This document shows, piece after piece, positions 38,680 to 52,665 of a stretch of 64,000 nucleotides of DNA. Every line of letters begins with the position of its first letter. Position 1 is the stretch's first letter. The translations under genes were made by a program, and so were the position numbers. Under the pieces are notes generated by a model. That model did no database searches. It had not been told where the DNA came from and was given only the letters and a program-made list of their open reading frames with translations. Source of the DNA: Mobula hypostoma (lineage: Eukaryota); NCBI RefSeq assembly GCF_963921235.1, contig NC_086097.1:21206001-21270000 (forward strand), written 5' to 3'.

Positions 38680-39893
38680 CTGGGGGAGAAAGAACACCAC
38701 ATTATTCAATTTCTACACCATACAAAGCTTTTTATTATTAATGTATTGTCTGAAATTACTGAAAATCAGACTTTTAAGCTGAATAGCATTTATTTGGATA
38801 CAGTTACTCTATCATACTGGAGGTGCCAATTATCATTTAAAAGAAGTTCCTACAACTGAAAACAAAATAATGAAATGCCCTGCATTTGTTGTATCGTGTG
38901 GTCCTCCTTAAGGAAACGAGCGAGTTTCATTTATAATCAACAAAGAAGATTCTGCTGTTACCTGGAGGCAGAGAAAGTAGGTAAGGTATGAAATATGTAT
39001 TTTGCATTAATATTGACAGAGGACATGGAAGATAACAAGATCCGAGAGGAGTATGCTGATATTCTACAACATGTCAATAACAAGCAAGTGGTGTTGGAGC
39101 TCTTGAAAAAACCAAGGTAGATAAGTTCCAAGGGTCTGACAGGATCCATCTCAAATTATTGAGACCTGAGATTACTGGCACCTTTGCAGACATCTATATA
39201 TCCACTTTAACCATAGACAAGATTCTAGAAGACTGGAAAATAACCTCCTTTCTTTAAGGGAAACAGAGACAACGAAGAAAATTATGTGCCACTGAGTCTT
39301 ACATCAATGGTAGGGGTATTACTAGAGACAAATCATAGGTGCATTTGCACACTTAGACTTACTAGGGATAGTAAGCATAGCTTCAGGTAGGGAAGTTCAC
39401 ATCTTATAAGCTTGAGTAAGTTTTTTTAAAATGATAAAGATGACTGAGTGGTGGAGTTAGTTTGGGGATCTGTGGTCCATAAGAGCATAAGACATAAGGG
39501 CAGAATTAGGCCATTTGCTCTGCCATTTCATCATAGCTGATTTATTATCTCTTTCAACCCCATTCTCCTGCTTATTCCCTGTAACCTTAGATGATCTTCC
39601 TGATCAAGAACCTAACAACTGCTGCTTTAAATATATCCAATGACTTGGCCTTCACAGCTGTCTGTGGCAATAAATCCCCCACATATTCATCACCTCTGGC
39701 TAAAGAAAGTCTTCCTCTCTCCATTCAAAAGGGAAGTCCCAGTGGTATTCTGTGAGGGTAAGTGCTGGGACTGCTGTACAAATGATTTTGCCAAAAATGT
39801 AGATGGGCTGATAAGTAAAGTTTGTAGATGACATAAAACTTGGTGGATCTGTAGATAATGAGGAAGGTTGTCAAAGGATACAGCAATATATAG

Positions 39894-40517
39894 CAATCCA
39901 CACAAAGTGCTGGAGGAACTCAACAAGTCAGACAGTTTCTATAGAGGGGAATAAAACGTTGCATTTTGGGCTGAGACCATTCATCAGGACTGGAAAGTAA
40001 GGGGACAGAAGCCAATTTAAAGTAGGGGAAGGGAAGGAGTACAAGCTGGCTGGTGATAGGTGAAACCAGATGAGCGAAGGTGGAAGAGGTAAAGAGGTGA
40101 AGGAGAAGGAATTTAAAAAGAGAGGACAGTGGACCATGGAATAAAGGGGAGGAGGGGAACCAGAGGGAGGTGATGGGCAGATGAGAAGGGGGCAACCAGA
40201 ATGAAGAATTGGAAAAGAGTAGGATGGAGGGGACAAATTACCAGCAGTTGGAGAAATCAGTATTAATCCCATCAGGTTGGAGGCTACCTAGACAGAATAT
40301 GAACTACTACCTATCACCTGCTGGTTTGTACCATTTCCCCTCCTTCCACCTTCTTATTCTGGCTTCTGCCCCTTTCCTTTCCAATCCTGAAGGGCCTTAG
40401 GCCCAAAATATTGACTGCTGATTCCCTCCATAGATGGTAGTTGACTTACTGAGTTCCTCCAGCAGTTTGGATGTGTTGCTCGAGATTTTCAGCATCTGCA
40501 AAATCTTGTTTATGATT
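39894..40517. mobile_element. Fold-back Penelope-derived insertion inside an old CR1 (~38950-40740)
   Basis: Minus-strand PLE 3' region (39894-~40300) joined to a plus-strand PLE terminus (~40310-40517); flanks tacagcaatatatag (39879-39893) and tacagcagtagatag (40518-40532) match 13/15. Confidence 0.75.
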
Positions 40518-40994
40518 TACAGCAGTAGATAGGTCAGTTAGAATCGTGGGCAGAGAAATGGCAGATGGAGCTTAATTTGGACAAGTATGATGTGTTGTGT
40601 TTCAGGAGGTCAAATGCAGAGGAATCTTCAGAGTAAAGGCAAGACCTTTAGGAGTTTAGAGGGATCTTAGGGTGTAATTCCATTGCTTCCTGAAAACACT
40701 ACTGAAGTTGATAGGGTGTTAAAGGTCGTACATGCGTATTGCAATGTCACTACAGCAGTGTAATGTCAAGTCACTGTGCCACACAAACATGATGTCAGCA
40801 GCTTCAGTATGGGCCACAGCCAACAGAGGTCAGATACTTTTGCGAAGGAGGCAAAAAAAAAATTCAATCGCTTTCTACACATTCTTTTTACAACTTTAGT
40901 AGCCAAGGATCAGTTTGTCCCACTTTTTTCTGAGGATGGAATTAGAAACAAATGTATTGCATTCAACTGCCCGAAACCACAAATGCTTCTAAAT

Positions 40995-41075
40995 GAGGGG
41001 TTCCCAACCTTTTTTATGTCATGGACCCCTAGCATTAACCAAGGGGGTCTCTAGACCCCAGGTTAGGAACCACTG
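40995..41075. mobile_element. Tiny hAT-like MITE
   Basis: Imperfect TIRs gaggggttcccaacc / ggttaggaaccactg; TSD unclear. Confidence 0.45.
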
Positions 41076-41404
41076 TAATCTAAACCAAATCGCAAGGTCA
41101 TTTTTACTTCCAAAAATACAGAAATTAAAAGTTTATTACGTGGAGGTGCTCCTCTTAAGATGTTTAACAATGTGCTCAGTTAGAACCTTAAAAGGAATTC
41201 AAGACCAGTCGCTATATTTGAAAAATCACTCATATATTTGAAGTGCTGAGATTGAGAGCCAGTGATGGGAATGTGAAGGGACATGGAAACTGGAGCGCTG
41301 GCAAGTATGAAGGGAGTGTAGGTACCACTACTTGGTGAGCCAGATGTCAAAACGTCATGATTTCCAAATATTCTGCACATGATGCCCTCACAAAACCTTC
41401 CTAC

Positions 41405-41546
41405 CTTTCTCTATGTGAGTCTTGATACCAGCTCTTCTTTCCCTAGCAATCTGAGCCAATTCTCGAAGCTTCTCTTCTTTCTTCTCTTTCTCTTTCTGAG
41501 CCATTTTCCTTTCAACCTGTGCTCGCATCTCCACAGCTTCCCGAGC
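41405..41546 (-). CDS. SNW1: SNW1 exon 10
   Basis: AREAVEMRAQVERKMAQKEKEKKEEKLRELAQIARERRAGIKTHIEK; 142 nt. Confidence 0.97.
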
Positions 41547-41673
41547 CTAAGGACACAGCACATGCTAGTTAAGGAGTAGGTCTGCCTTAGCGAAGTTGCA
41601 GATGAGCAATAGTGATAGAGGAATTCACTAACAGGGCTGCATTTTGCAACTTTTCAAAAGTTGATAAAGATAC

Positions 41674-41790
41674 CTTTCTGTCAGCAATGTAAAGAGCCTC
41701 TGCAAGTTTAGCAAAGTTCTCATTAATGTGAACTGTTTGAAGTCCCCGTCCGTCAGCAGCCAAACGTTTATCCAATGGAATGGTGTATCC
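41674..41790 (-). CDS. SNW1: SNW1 exon 9
   Basis: GYTIPLDKRLAADGRGLQTVHINENFAKLAEALYIADRK; 117 nt. Confidence 0.97.
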
Positions 41791-42018
41791 CTGGAACACA
41801 GAACATAATCACATGTTAAACATAACGGCAATAATGAGTCCAATTCAATTCTCACTCTGAACATACCAGGGCAGTTGATTCAGATCTTTACACCTTTGCT
41901 GATATTGTTAATTGGGTCAAGATCAGAACTTATCAATAACTAAAGCTTTGGTTATTTGTTTGTTGAAATCATTGCCAAAATAAAACCATCAGTTAGAGAA
42001 CCAAGTCCAGTACAAATA

Positions 42019-42553
42019 CACACAGTGGCCACTTTATTTGGTACCTCCTGTACCTAACAAAGTGACCACTGAGAGTATGATTATGGTCTACTGCTGTAGC
42101 CCAGCCACTTCCAATGTTCTATGTGTTGTGAATTCACACCACTGGTGTAATGATTGGTTATTTGAATTACTGTCACTTTCCTATCAGTTTGAACCAGCCT
42201 GGCCATTCTCTTTTGCCCTCTCTCATTAACAAAGCGTTTTTAGCCATTGAGGTGCCACTCATTGCGTATTTTATTTGTTGCACCATTCTCTGTACACTCT
42301 TGAGACTGCTGTGCAGGAAAACCCCAAGAAATCAGCAGTTTCTGGGATACTCAAACCATCCTGTCTGGTACCAACAATCGCAGTCAAAGTCACTTAGATT
42401 ACATTTCTTCCTCATCCTGATGTTTGGTCTGACCAATAACTGAACCTCTTGATCATGTCTGCATGCTTTTATGCATTGTTGCTGCCACACGATTGGCTGA
42501 TCGATTGCATTAATGAGGTATACAGGTGTACCTAATAAAGTGGCCACTGAATG
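42019..42553. mobile_element. Non-autonomous Tc1/mariner element
   Basis: TIRs cacacagtggccactttatttggtac / gtacctaataaagtggccactgaatg flanked by TA at 42017-42018 and 42554-42555; internal repeat of the TIR motif at ~42050-42072. Confidence 0.85.
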
Positions 42554-43599
42554 TATAAAGTTCATACATACTGCACACGTTAGGAAAAAACTATGGCGAA
42601 AATATTTATTGCAAATCTCATCTTTCTTTATACGAGCCTGAAGATGAGGTTTCAGCAGATTCAGGAACACTGATACAGTGCTGTTGAATATAACGACAAA
42701 AACATTCTCCCCAGGGCCATATACAGTTAAGAAATAAATTCAATTTACACTGAAATTCTAACAGATCACTCCCAGTTCCAATGAATTTCCTCAAGTAAGA
42801 TATGCCAAGGTTCACCTTTCCACGACCAGAGCTGGAGCTTCACATCCTGCCATTCGAGACACCCTATCCAACTATGCACTGATCTCATGCCTTAATGCAC
42901 ATGCATGGATGCTGAGGTCAGGCTAAACTTGAGACAACGGTCAGGGACATAAATGATATGGATCAATTCAGAAGCAAGTCAAGGAGGGAAATTGAGAAGA
43001 GGTTGTGACCTCCACCAAGTGCCACACTTTTGTACACTTTCTAATGCACCTTGGTCTCCTGATAAACTACAACATCCCTCATGATAGTCCCACCATTCAA
43101 AATCAAATCAGATTTTGACTCTCAGCATGCTTAGGCTGAAGATTTACCAACAATTCAACTTGTATAATTCTACTGCAAATTGGAGGTCAGTTGCAAGAGA
43201 TATTCTAAGTGTAATCCAAGTGCTGGTCACACATTGCGCCAACACACCATGGCAAATTTCCAATACATGTCAATGTACATGGTGAATAAAAGTTGATCCT
43301 TGAGTGATCTACAACTTCTCTTGTATGTGAAGTGCCTTACTGGCACAGTTTAACTATTCTTCTCCAACTTGTCTACCCTACTCTCATGCTATGACATGGC
43401 CATCAACTGGAAAAAAAATACACTGTTCTACTAGTCTCTCTTAAAAAAAAACTAACAATGCATTCTTTAAACCAGCAGTCTCCAGTACTGGTAACATTGC
43501 TATTTCATTTTAATTAAACCTAATGGCTACACTACATTTTCTTTTAAATACCATTCTATTTTGTAGATTCCAAAAAAAAATCACTCCAAGTCTCTTTAC

Positions 43600-43665
43600 C
43601 TTGGCGTTCTTCCAATTTGATATGCACGGAGGAATTTTCCACTCTTGCTGTTCTTTCACAGTCAT
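43600..43665 (-). CDS. SNW1: SNW1 exon 8 (contains SNW motif)
   Basis: MTVKEQQEWKIPPCISNWKNAK; 66 nt. Confidence 0.98.
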
Positions 43666-45793
43666 CTGAAACAAACAACAATATTTTATGAGAAGAATCA
43701 CATATACTCAAAGAGGACAACTCTTAGAATGGCCGGGCTTAATCAAATGCACCACTGTAGCAACATTCAGAATTCATGTGGAGACACAGTAACACCCTTT
43801 TGTATCATTTCCCTAGAATATTGCACATAAATTGACCGAATGTGTAATGAGTTGAAATCTAGACAAACAAATGTGGCAACCAACTTTGGAAAACTAGATC
43901 CAACAAATAGAGATTAGTAAAAGTGTCTAAGAATTTGAATTGGGGCAGCATGGTAGTGTACTAATTAGCACAACAGTTTACAGTGCCAGATGCAAGATGG
44001 AGGTTCAATTCTCACTCCCATCTACAATGCATTTACATTCTCCCTGTGAATTTCCTCCCATGTTCCAATGAAGAAGAACTTGGGGTTAGTGAAGTGTAGG
44101 CATGTTATGTTGGTGCCTGTGGTAATACTTACAGGCTACACCAGTACAATCTTCGCTAATTTGATTTGATGCAAAGGACATATTTCACAGAATGTTTCAA
44201 TGAACATATGACAAGTAAAGCTAATCTTTATCTTCATAAAGAATCTTTTACTTTGAACAGGTAGAAGCATCCAGGTTTAACTCAAACTGGGGAGTTGATG
44301 CAGCTGAAAAAGCCTTGTTATTTTAAGAACGAGGCAACAAAATGAACCCACACAGTTTTGTGCTGTGTTCAGAGTTTTGCATCAAAGTGGCCATTTAACT
44401 TACTATGCCCATACTGTTCCCTGAAAGAGGGGGGTCCCAGTTATCCTACCTTTTAAACATAAGATTTAAAAAAGATGATCCACTTTCTCTTTAAAATGAT
44501 TTATAAATTCAATTTTCTTCAGCTTTTCTTGTATCCCCTTCCAGACCTATAATGGAGTCTGCTGCAAATTCTAACCCTGTGACCATTGTGTAATTTAATC
44601 AGTCCTCTACTGTTGGCTATGTCTTTAGCTTCTAAAACTAAGAGCTCTGGAAATCCCTCCGCTTCTCTTTCCTCCTATCAAGTCATCAATCAAAGCTTTT
44701 CTCTCTAAGTTAATGAACATCTTCACTACTACTTCCTCATATGGATGGTACAAATTCCTTTGATAAAGTCGGGATTAAGCTTGAAGGCCAATGAGAAGTA
44801 CAAAAGTTGAAGCTGGTTGGCCGGAGCGAGCCCACTGGGGAAGTCAGGGTTGTCCACAATACCACAATTTTGGAGACTGAAGACAACCACTTGTTCTAGG
44901 GTCACAGAACTGTGTATGTGCATGGGTGGAAGGAGGGAGGTATGAGGCTTGTTTCGCTGTTGTTGCTTGATATCTTCTGGTACGGTACCTGTGGATACAA
45001 TCATAGAGCAGATGGTCTGGCCAGACGCTTCAGACAATGAAGGAACAGCAAATCAAGGAACTAGTGGAACTGCAATGGAGTGAACTTTTAATGAGAGGGG
45101 AAGGACTGGCAGCAAAAGCACATACTTCCAAAAAAATTCAAAGTAGTTGCTTGCAGGTAGGACATCCTTGGTGGTTCAGTTGGCTTCACCACCATGATCG
45201 TTCAACTCCCTATAGAATGGAAATACATGTTCTGCATAATCTTCTGCAACTGTTTTGTAGGGGAAGCGGGCTGGTAATGTGCAATTCTCTCAATGATGGA
45301 TGTCACAGTGAACTTTACTAGACAGCAGGCTGCCTGATAAAATCAAGTATTTTTAACAGCAATGCCACATTTTACTTTGCTGCAGAGTCATTATACCATA
45401 CTCCATTTCTCCACTGAAACCCACAAGAGAGGATGAGCTGTCAGTGACAGTTACTGCTGCTTTCAGTCACTTCACTTCCTGCCATTCTTCACCCTGCCAC
45501 CAAACAATAGCAAGTTTTAATCCATCTGCAGTAATTGACTTTAAATGGCCCAAACCCATGATTCTGGTGTGGGGATTTCATTCATCACTGCAGGAACTAT
45601 GGAGTCATCTGAAGTTATGAGTCAATCAGCTTATGAAAAAGAAATTACAATAGAGCTAGACAAAGGACTTGTGTGGCAGCCGATTTAAAAATAAAGCTTT
45701 TATCTGGAAGTTTAAAACAAAAGATCTACTCAAAAAATCTCAATGAAATATTAGTGAGCACTTCTCTCTAGCATTAGTTGATCACGCTCCTAC

Positions 45794-45863
45794 CTTTCTG
45801 CTTGGCGAATGCATGACAGGTGCAGGGGGTGATGGGGGACCTCGAGGAATTTTCTTATTAATC
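45794..45863 (-). CDS. SNW1: SNW1 exon 7
   Basis: INKKIPRGPPSPPAPVMHSPSRK; 70 nt. Confidence 0.97.
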
Positions 45864-45939
45864 CTAAACAGAAAAGACAGAAGCCAATTAAGCAGAATAA
45901 CATCTTTAAGAAGAAACAGTAGAATTCATGTTAATGGAC

Positions 45940-46225
45940 AACACCGTAGCAAATGATTAGCATGATGCTATTATAGCTCTGGATGATCCGGAGTTTGGAG
46001 TTCAATTCCAGCGCCGTTCTGTAAGGAGTCTGTATGGCCTCCCCGTGGAATGCGTGGGTTTTCACCGGGTGCTCTGATTTCCTCTCAGTCCAAAGACCTA
46101 CCGGGTAGGTTAATTAGTCATTGCAAATAATACTGCGGTTTGGTTAGAGTTAATCGGGTTCCACGAGGGTTGCTGAGGGTATGGCTCAAAGGGCCTACTC
46201 TGCGGTGTATCGCTAAATAAATAAA
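45940..46225 (+). mobile_element. tRNA-derived V-SINE-like element
   Basis: B-box-like gagttcaattcc; core gcgtgggttttcaccgggtgctctgatttcctctcagtccaaagac; A-rich tail. Confidence 0.7.
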
Positions 46226-46382
46226 AATAGAAAAAATAAATTTCTGATTCACTCTCCCATACACAGTACTAGAATGGAACTTACCGTAATTAATAGAAAC
46301 AGATTAGACAATTTAATATTTAATGGAATATTCTTGAGCTCCAAAAAATTATCAATTTTCTGATTACATAATCAGCATATTG

Positions 46383-46700
46383 TAGAAACAGAAAATTTAC
46401 AGCATAATACAGGCCCTTCAGCCCACAATGCTGTGCCGAACATGTACTTACTTTAGAAATTACCTAGGGTTACCCAGAGCCCTCTATTCTTCCAAGCTCC
46501 ATGTCCCTATCCAGGAGTCTCTTAAAAGACCCTATCGTATCTGTCTCCACCATCGTTGCCGGCAGCCCACTCCATGCACTCACCACTCTCTGTGTAAAAA
46601 AACCCACCCCTGACATCTCCTCTGTACCTACTTCCAAGCACCTTAAAATTGTGCCCTCTCGTGATAGCCATTTCAGCCCTGGGAAAAAGCCCCTGACTAC
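46383..46700 (-). mobile_element. CR1 3' end
   Basis: Reverse complement closely matches 3560-3876. Confidence 0.85.
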
Positions 46701-47012
46701 CCACACTGTTTTGTCTGGAGTTCTTTGCTGTACATACACACAGATTTCATGACAATAATGAATGAGTTTAACTTGTTTTTTTTTTGAAACAGTATGTTTC
46801 TATTAAACATAGTGGGCACTGGACTGTGTGGTAACACTTGGGTTGTCCCCAGCACATCCTTGGGCAGGTTGGTTATTAACGCAGTTGATCTCATTGTATG
46901 TTTCAACACACATTGATAACTAAACTTGAATTTAAATCTCATACAAATCAACTTCTGAAGACAAAATCAAAGGTCACTGAAATAATTTACTATTTGATTG
47001 CTATTCACTTAC

Positions 47013-47117
47013 TTGAATCGAGGCGGTTCCATGGGGTCCTTTTGCATTTCCACCATCCTGATAACCCTTTGTTTAGCTCCTGAGTTGAAAGCAACACCTT
47101 GCTGAGAAGGAGTGTAC
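47013..47117 (-). CDS. SNW1: SNW1 exon 6
   Basis: YTPSQQGVAFNSGAKQRVIRMVEMQKDPMEPPRF(K); 105 nt. Confidence 0.97.
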
Positions 47118-47404
47118 CTGCATTGAAGAATAAACTTAGTTTATTGACATGGTCATTTATTCTGACATATGTATACACAAATGAGTATTCGGTTCCAAGA
47201 AAATGCACGAGATCCTAGTATCACACAAATCAGGAGTCACAGTCAGTCACAACTTCTCTGTTAGTTCAGAGATCTCCATCAACAGCATGGATAGTAGAAT
47301 ACATATATACATTGACAACACTAATTCTTTGCCCCTTTAATTTGATATAATTTTTTTTATTTATCTGGAACTTAAAAGAATGCACATGTATGTCATTGCG
47401 ACCT

Positions 47405-47770
47405 ACCAAATGTTTAAAGGACGAGACAGGGTGGATGTGGAGAGGATGTTTCCTGTGGTGGGAGTATCCAGAACTAGAGGGCACAGCCTCAAAACTGAGC
47501 GACCCTTTAGAACAGAGGTAAGGAGGAACTTTTTTTAGCCAGAGAGTTGCAAATCCTTGGAATGTTCTGCCACTGACTGCGGAGGAGGCCAAATCCATGC
47601 ATATATTTAAGGCGGAAGTTGATTGTTTCCTGATCGGTCAGGGCATCAAAGGATATGATGAGAAGGCAGGCGTATGGGGTTGAGTGAGATACAGGATCAA
47701 GCATGATGGAATGGTGGAGCAGATTTGATGGGCTGAATGGCTTAAATCTGCTCCAATGTTTTATTGTTTT
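47405..47770 (+). mobile_element. CR1 3' end
   Basis: Similar to 13880-14160 and 61970-62220. Confidence 0.8.
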
Positions 47771-48379
47771 CATTTAGAGGTACAGCATGAGGCACGCCCT
47801 TTCAGCCCAACAAGCCGTACTAACCAGCAACTTACCTACTTCACACTAGCCCAATCACAGAACAATTGACAATGATCAATTAACCTACCAACTGGACTGA
47901 GTGAAGGAAGCCCACGTGGTTCAGAGGAAGAACGTACTAACTCCTTACAGGGAATGCTGGAGTTGAACTCTGAACTCCAGAACACCAAGAGCTGTAGTAG
48001 ATTTGCGCTAACTGCTACGTTATCATAACACCCTTAATGCTTGTTGAAACTCAGCCTTGGTTACAAATTCTTTAAGCTAGAAAACAAAGATCCAACTCAG
48101 CCCTTTGGATGCTATTACAAAGCCTGTTCCCTCATGACCCTTCCATCCATTCACCTGGCAGCTGAAACTACATCACGTTTTTCTCTATCTTGGTCATTTC
48201 TGACTCAAGACCAAGTTTCTGACCATCAAGGTAAACACGTTTTAGTTGCATTACTTCATTAATGCATCAACTTTCCTGCCAAATAAAACACTTACCCATG
48301 CACGTGTTCCCTTATGTGCTGAATAAGAAAAGTAAGAAATAAGAAGAATTGGTTATTTTATCCCCCTGCACCTGCTTTA

Positions 48380-48755
48380 GGGTGGTGGGATGGCGATATA
48401 GTATGTCTCTACCAGAGGAGGTGCAAGGTGCTTCTTCCTTCTACTAGCCCGTAGGTCACCCTTGGGCAAGGTGTAGCACCTGCTTAGCCCCCTGATTAGG
48501 GTCACATGAAGCCATGGGAGCATATGGTGGATGGTCGCACTAGCAGCTGATGCATATCACAAGTCCTGGTTATGCAACCACTGACGCAAGATAATCTCTG
48601 AAGAGTATCTATCATGGCTGGGATCACCCATCTTGTAAAGACACTGCCTAAAAGCAGGCAATGGTAAACCACTTCAGTAGAAAACATTGCCAAGGACAAT
48701 CATGGTCATAAACCATGATTGCCCATGACATACAACATGGCATGATGATGATGAC
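48380..48755 (+). mobile_element. SINE-like element with (GAT)n tail
   Basis: Discrete GC-richer segment containing ggcaatggtaaaccactt (reminiscent of RTE-related SINE sequence) and ending gatgatgatga. Confidence 0.5.
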
Positions 48756-49633
48756 CTGGTCTTTGAATCAACAAGATCAAGGCTGATCTGTTGCTTCGTG
48801 CCATTTTCTCGTATCGTCCAAAAACCTTTATTCCCTTAATATCTATCAATAGCTCAGCTCAGTTGTAAAAGGAACATGAAAAATTCACTGACTATGGGTG
48901 ATGAATTTTATCTCTAAACTGTATTGACATTGTGGTTTTTGATTCTAGATGCCTCAGCCAGGGGACCCTATCTATACTGTGAAGTTTTGGGTGTATTTTT
49001 TGTTTATCCAAAGAAATAGTTTCTCATTCAACTAAACCCAAGAGTAATGTTGCCCAATCTGCTTAATCATTCCTTACACCATCGCTCCAGGATTAATTAT
49101 AGTGTACCTTTACTGGAAGAATATCTTTCCGTATGTATGGATAACAGACCTGGACACAATATTCCAAATTTAGTCTTATCAAGGTCTAGCAAACTAGAGC
49201 ACGACACTTATACCCATGAACTCAGAACGCATGTATCTGAAAAGCCCAATTTGCACTCTATGGAAAAAAAAATTAAAAAAAAAGCTCTGCCTGATATTCA
49301 GGTTCACACAATATTCTAACCACCGATCATTTTTGGGATCACTGATTGATACAGGGATCTTGGTCTTATCAATTACTCAATTTTAAAATCTCATTGTTGT
49401 TTTCAAATTCATCCCTTTCTCTGCCTCTTCTAACTCTCTGTAACTTACTCCAACAGTACCAGCATTCCTCAACTGTTGGTGCAGGAAGCATGGTGCCACT
49501 TGTAGGCACGCTCTTGAGCAAGAGCGTATGCCTTAATCAGTCTGACAGCTATGCAGGAGGAACCTTTCCGCTGCTTTTCCATAGTCCCCTTTTTTAAAAA
49601 AAATTCAAGTTTTCATAATCCAACTCTTGACAG

Positions 49634-50207
49634 TCACAAAAGGCTGGATTTCCCAGTGGCTACCCATTTTAATTCTATTTCACATTCTCATTCTGGCTTC
49701 TTCTATGGTCATGATGAGGCTACCTTCAGGTTGGAGGAGCAACACTTCATATTCTGTCTGAGGAGCCTCCAACTTGATGCCATAAACATTTATTTTTCTT
49801 CTTTCTGGTAACTACTCCCACTCTCCCTTCACTCTTTTTCCATTCCCCATTCTGGATGCCTTCTTCTCCTCACCTGCTCATCACCTCCCTCTGCTGCCCC
49901 TCCTTCATTCCATTTCTCCAATGGTCCACCGACCTCTCCTATCAAATTCCTACTTCAGTTCTTTACCTCTCTCACTTATCACCACCCAGCTTCTCACTTA
50001 ATTCTCCCTCTTCCCTACTCACCTATCTTCCCCCTCACATATCACCTGCCAGCTTGCATCCCTTCCCCTCTCCCCACCTTCTTGCTATGGCTTCTTTCCT
50101 CTTCCTTTCCAGTACTGAAAGGATCTCGGCCCAAAACGTTGACTGTTTATTCCCTCCACAGATGTTGCCTGACCTACTGAGTTCCTCCAGCAAATTTTTG
50201 TGTGTTG
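49634..50207 (+). mobile_element. Penelope-like 3' fragment (end of GIY-YIG ORF + terminus)
   Basis: DFPVATHFNS...EEQHFIFCLRSLQ aligns with 24480-24660; TSD ctcttgacag at 49624-49633 and 50208-50217; hammerhead core degenerate. Confidence 0.85.
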
Positions 50208-50358
50208 CTCTTGACAGACAAGCTAAGATTATTATATGAAGTGTAATCAAAACGATATATCCAAAGCACTACATGCTGAACCTCATTAAGATACAGCATG
50301 CATTAGAAAAACAAATTAGACATCAAAATATCACCACTGCTTGTGTGACTCTTCTAAC

Positions 50359-50465
50359 CTGATGTACTGTGCAGGGGCTAGTTTCTCAGCTGCTCGAACA
50401 GGCATGGCTGCTGCAACCTTCTGTGAGACTTGTTTCTCAAGAGCTGAACGCGTCTTTTCAGTCAA
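50359..50465 (-). CDS. SNW1: SNW1 exon 5
   Basis: LTEKTRSALEKQVSQKVAAAMPVRAAEKLAPAQYI(R); 107 nt. Confidence 0.97.
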
Positions 50466-52063
50466 CTGTAATGAAACAATAGTCAGTTTAGCAAATTAAA
50501 ATGCATTACCTCTGGACTGCCTATGGTCAACATACCACACAACTTCTACTTACGATCTTAATTTTCAAGGATTCACAGGCCATCTTACCCAAGACAAAGT
50601 CAACTGTCAAAATGCATTAGTCTTTAAACAAAGGTGTTAGAAACACCATGTCACACAATATTATGAAGTTGCTTATTCCCAGTGGAAGAATGTAATCGTA
50701 CCCTCAATTAAAGGGTACTTCTTCTGACTCTACCAACATTTCAGTTTTGTTTCCACAGATAACACTCACGTTACTTTTGCTGTACCGGATCAGCAGTAAT
50801 ACTGAGGGACATTTTAACATCACTCCGCACTGAAAAGCCTTTCCCTCCCTTCATTTCACCTAGCACACAGTTCTTTGTCATTCTTAAACACCACCAAACA
50901 TCCACACGTGAAAACTTGCTATGAATACCAGTGAGCTATTTAACTTCAAAAGACATCACAAACCCTGCAATCTAACATTATTTCACAGTGGAAATCAAAG
51001 CTGGAATGTTGTATACATAATGATTTGTACCTCTACATCATTATTATTGGTTACTATTGTAGAACATTCAATCTACAAGGCTAACTTGCACACCTACCTG
51101 CTGCTGTCTCTCTGAATCAATCAACCCAGATTCAACCTCTCACAAAGCACATGTGTGGAACATAAGGCAATACAGTCAATTTTATTACAGTACATGATCT
51201 TCCTTTCTGTGTGACTAACGTATGCATGATTTATAATGCTGAAATCTCCCAAAGAACGTGACATACTTTGGCATGTGTATACTTTAGAAGTCCATGTATT
51301 ATAAAATCCTCCAAGATATTGTACAGAATTCATCACACTAACAGAACCAGAGTTAATGCACCTGAATAAAAGAATCTCCTTTTATTTAGAAATGTCATAT
51401 CCTTTGGCATGAAGGGAGTAAGACACCATGAAATCTACTTTGTCATCCCCACATTCCTGTTATGTCTAAAAACATGAAACTTTCAAATTGCCTGAATGTC
51501 TGTAAAATGTCTTCAAATTTTTTAAAAAAATTTCTGTGTAGTACAAATTGTTATTCAGAAACACGGCAGAAAATCTGTACACTAATTTCTTCATGAAAAA
51601 CAGAAGAAACAATCAATTAATCTGTCTGATGGACATGTGCAGGGAAGAAAATATCCATTCCCACAACAAAACATGCAAGATATGTTTAAAGGGTTTGGCC
51701 TGTAGCTCAACCCTTTGAAGACTTATTTCTCCCATAAATCATCTTGTATGTGAAAACAGCTTGTTCATTAACTGACTTTTGGGAACACTACAGTCAATTC
51801 AGCTGCATCCTCTAAGAATCCTCTGGTGTACAGAAAATGTTATGCAAATTCCAGTATTTTTCAACAGCTTTTGTATAAAGTCAGAGAAATGGCTAGTCCC
51901 GCACTGCCAGAGAATGGTGAAAGCAATATTGAAGAGTCATTTGGAAGGACACACACACAGGTAAGGAATTGAGAGATATAGACCACATGCAGGCAGATGT
52001 GCAGTTTAAATTGGCATGGTCTGGAGGGTCTGTCCATATGTTGCACTGTCCTTATGTTCTACA

Positions 52064-52545
52064 AGGCAATAAGACATTGTAGCAGATTTAGGCCATTGAG
52101 TCTGCTCCACCATTCAATTATGGCTGATTTAATGTCCCTCTCAACCTCATTCTCCTGTCTTCTCTTCATTACCTTTGACACCCCTACTAATTAAGAAGCT
52201 ATAAACTTCTGCTTAAATATACCCAATGATCTGGCCCCACTGCTGCATGTGAGAACGAATTCCACAGATTCACCACCCTCTGGCTAAACAAATTCCTCAT
52301 CTCTGTTATAAAGGGACATCCTTCTATTTTAAGACCGTGCCCTCTGGTCCTATACTCACCCACTATAGAAACATCCTCTCCACATCCATTCTATCAAGGT
52401 CTTTCATTATTCAATAGGTTTCAATGAGATCCCTGCTCATTCTTCTAAACTCCTGCCAGTACAGGCCCAGAGCCATCAAACACTTCACACGCATTAACCC
52501 TTTCATCACCAGGATCATTCTAGTGAGCCTCCTCTGGACTCTCTC
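52064..52545 (-). mobile_element. CR1 3' end
   Basis: Similar to 10365-10850. Confidence 0.8.
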
Positions 52546-52665
52546 CAAGCACAAGCTTACTCTTCTTTTCAAATCTCCAGTATCTCCTTGAATTCAATAA
52601 TATCGTCAAATCAGAAACATTCCCTATGTCATACCTACACATTTGTAGAAATATAAGTAGTTTAC

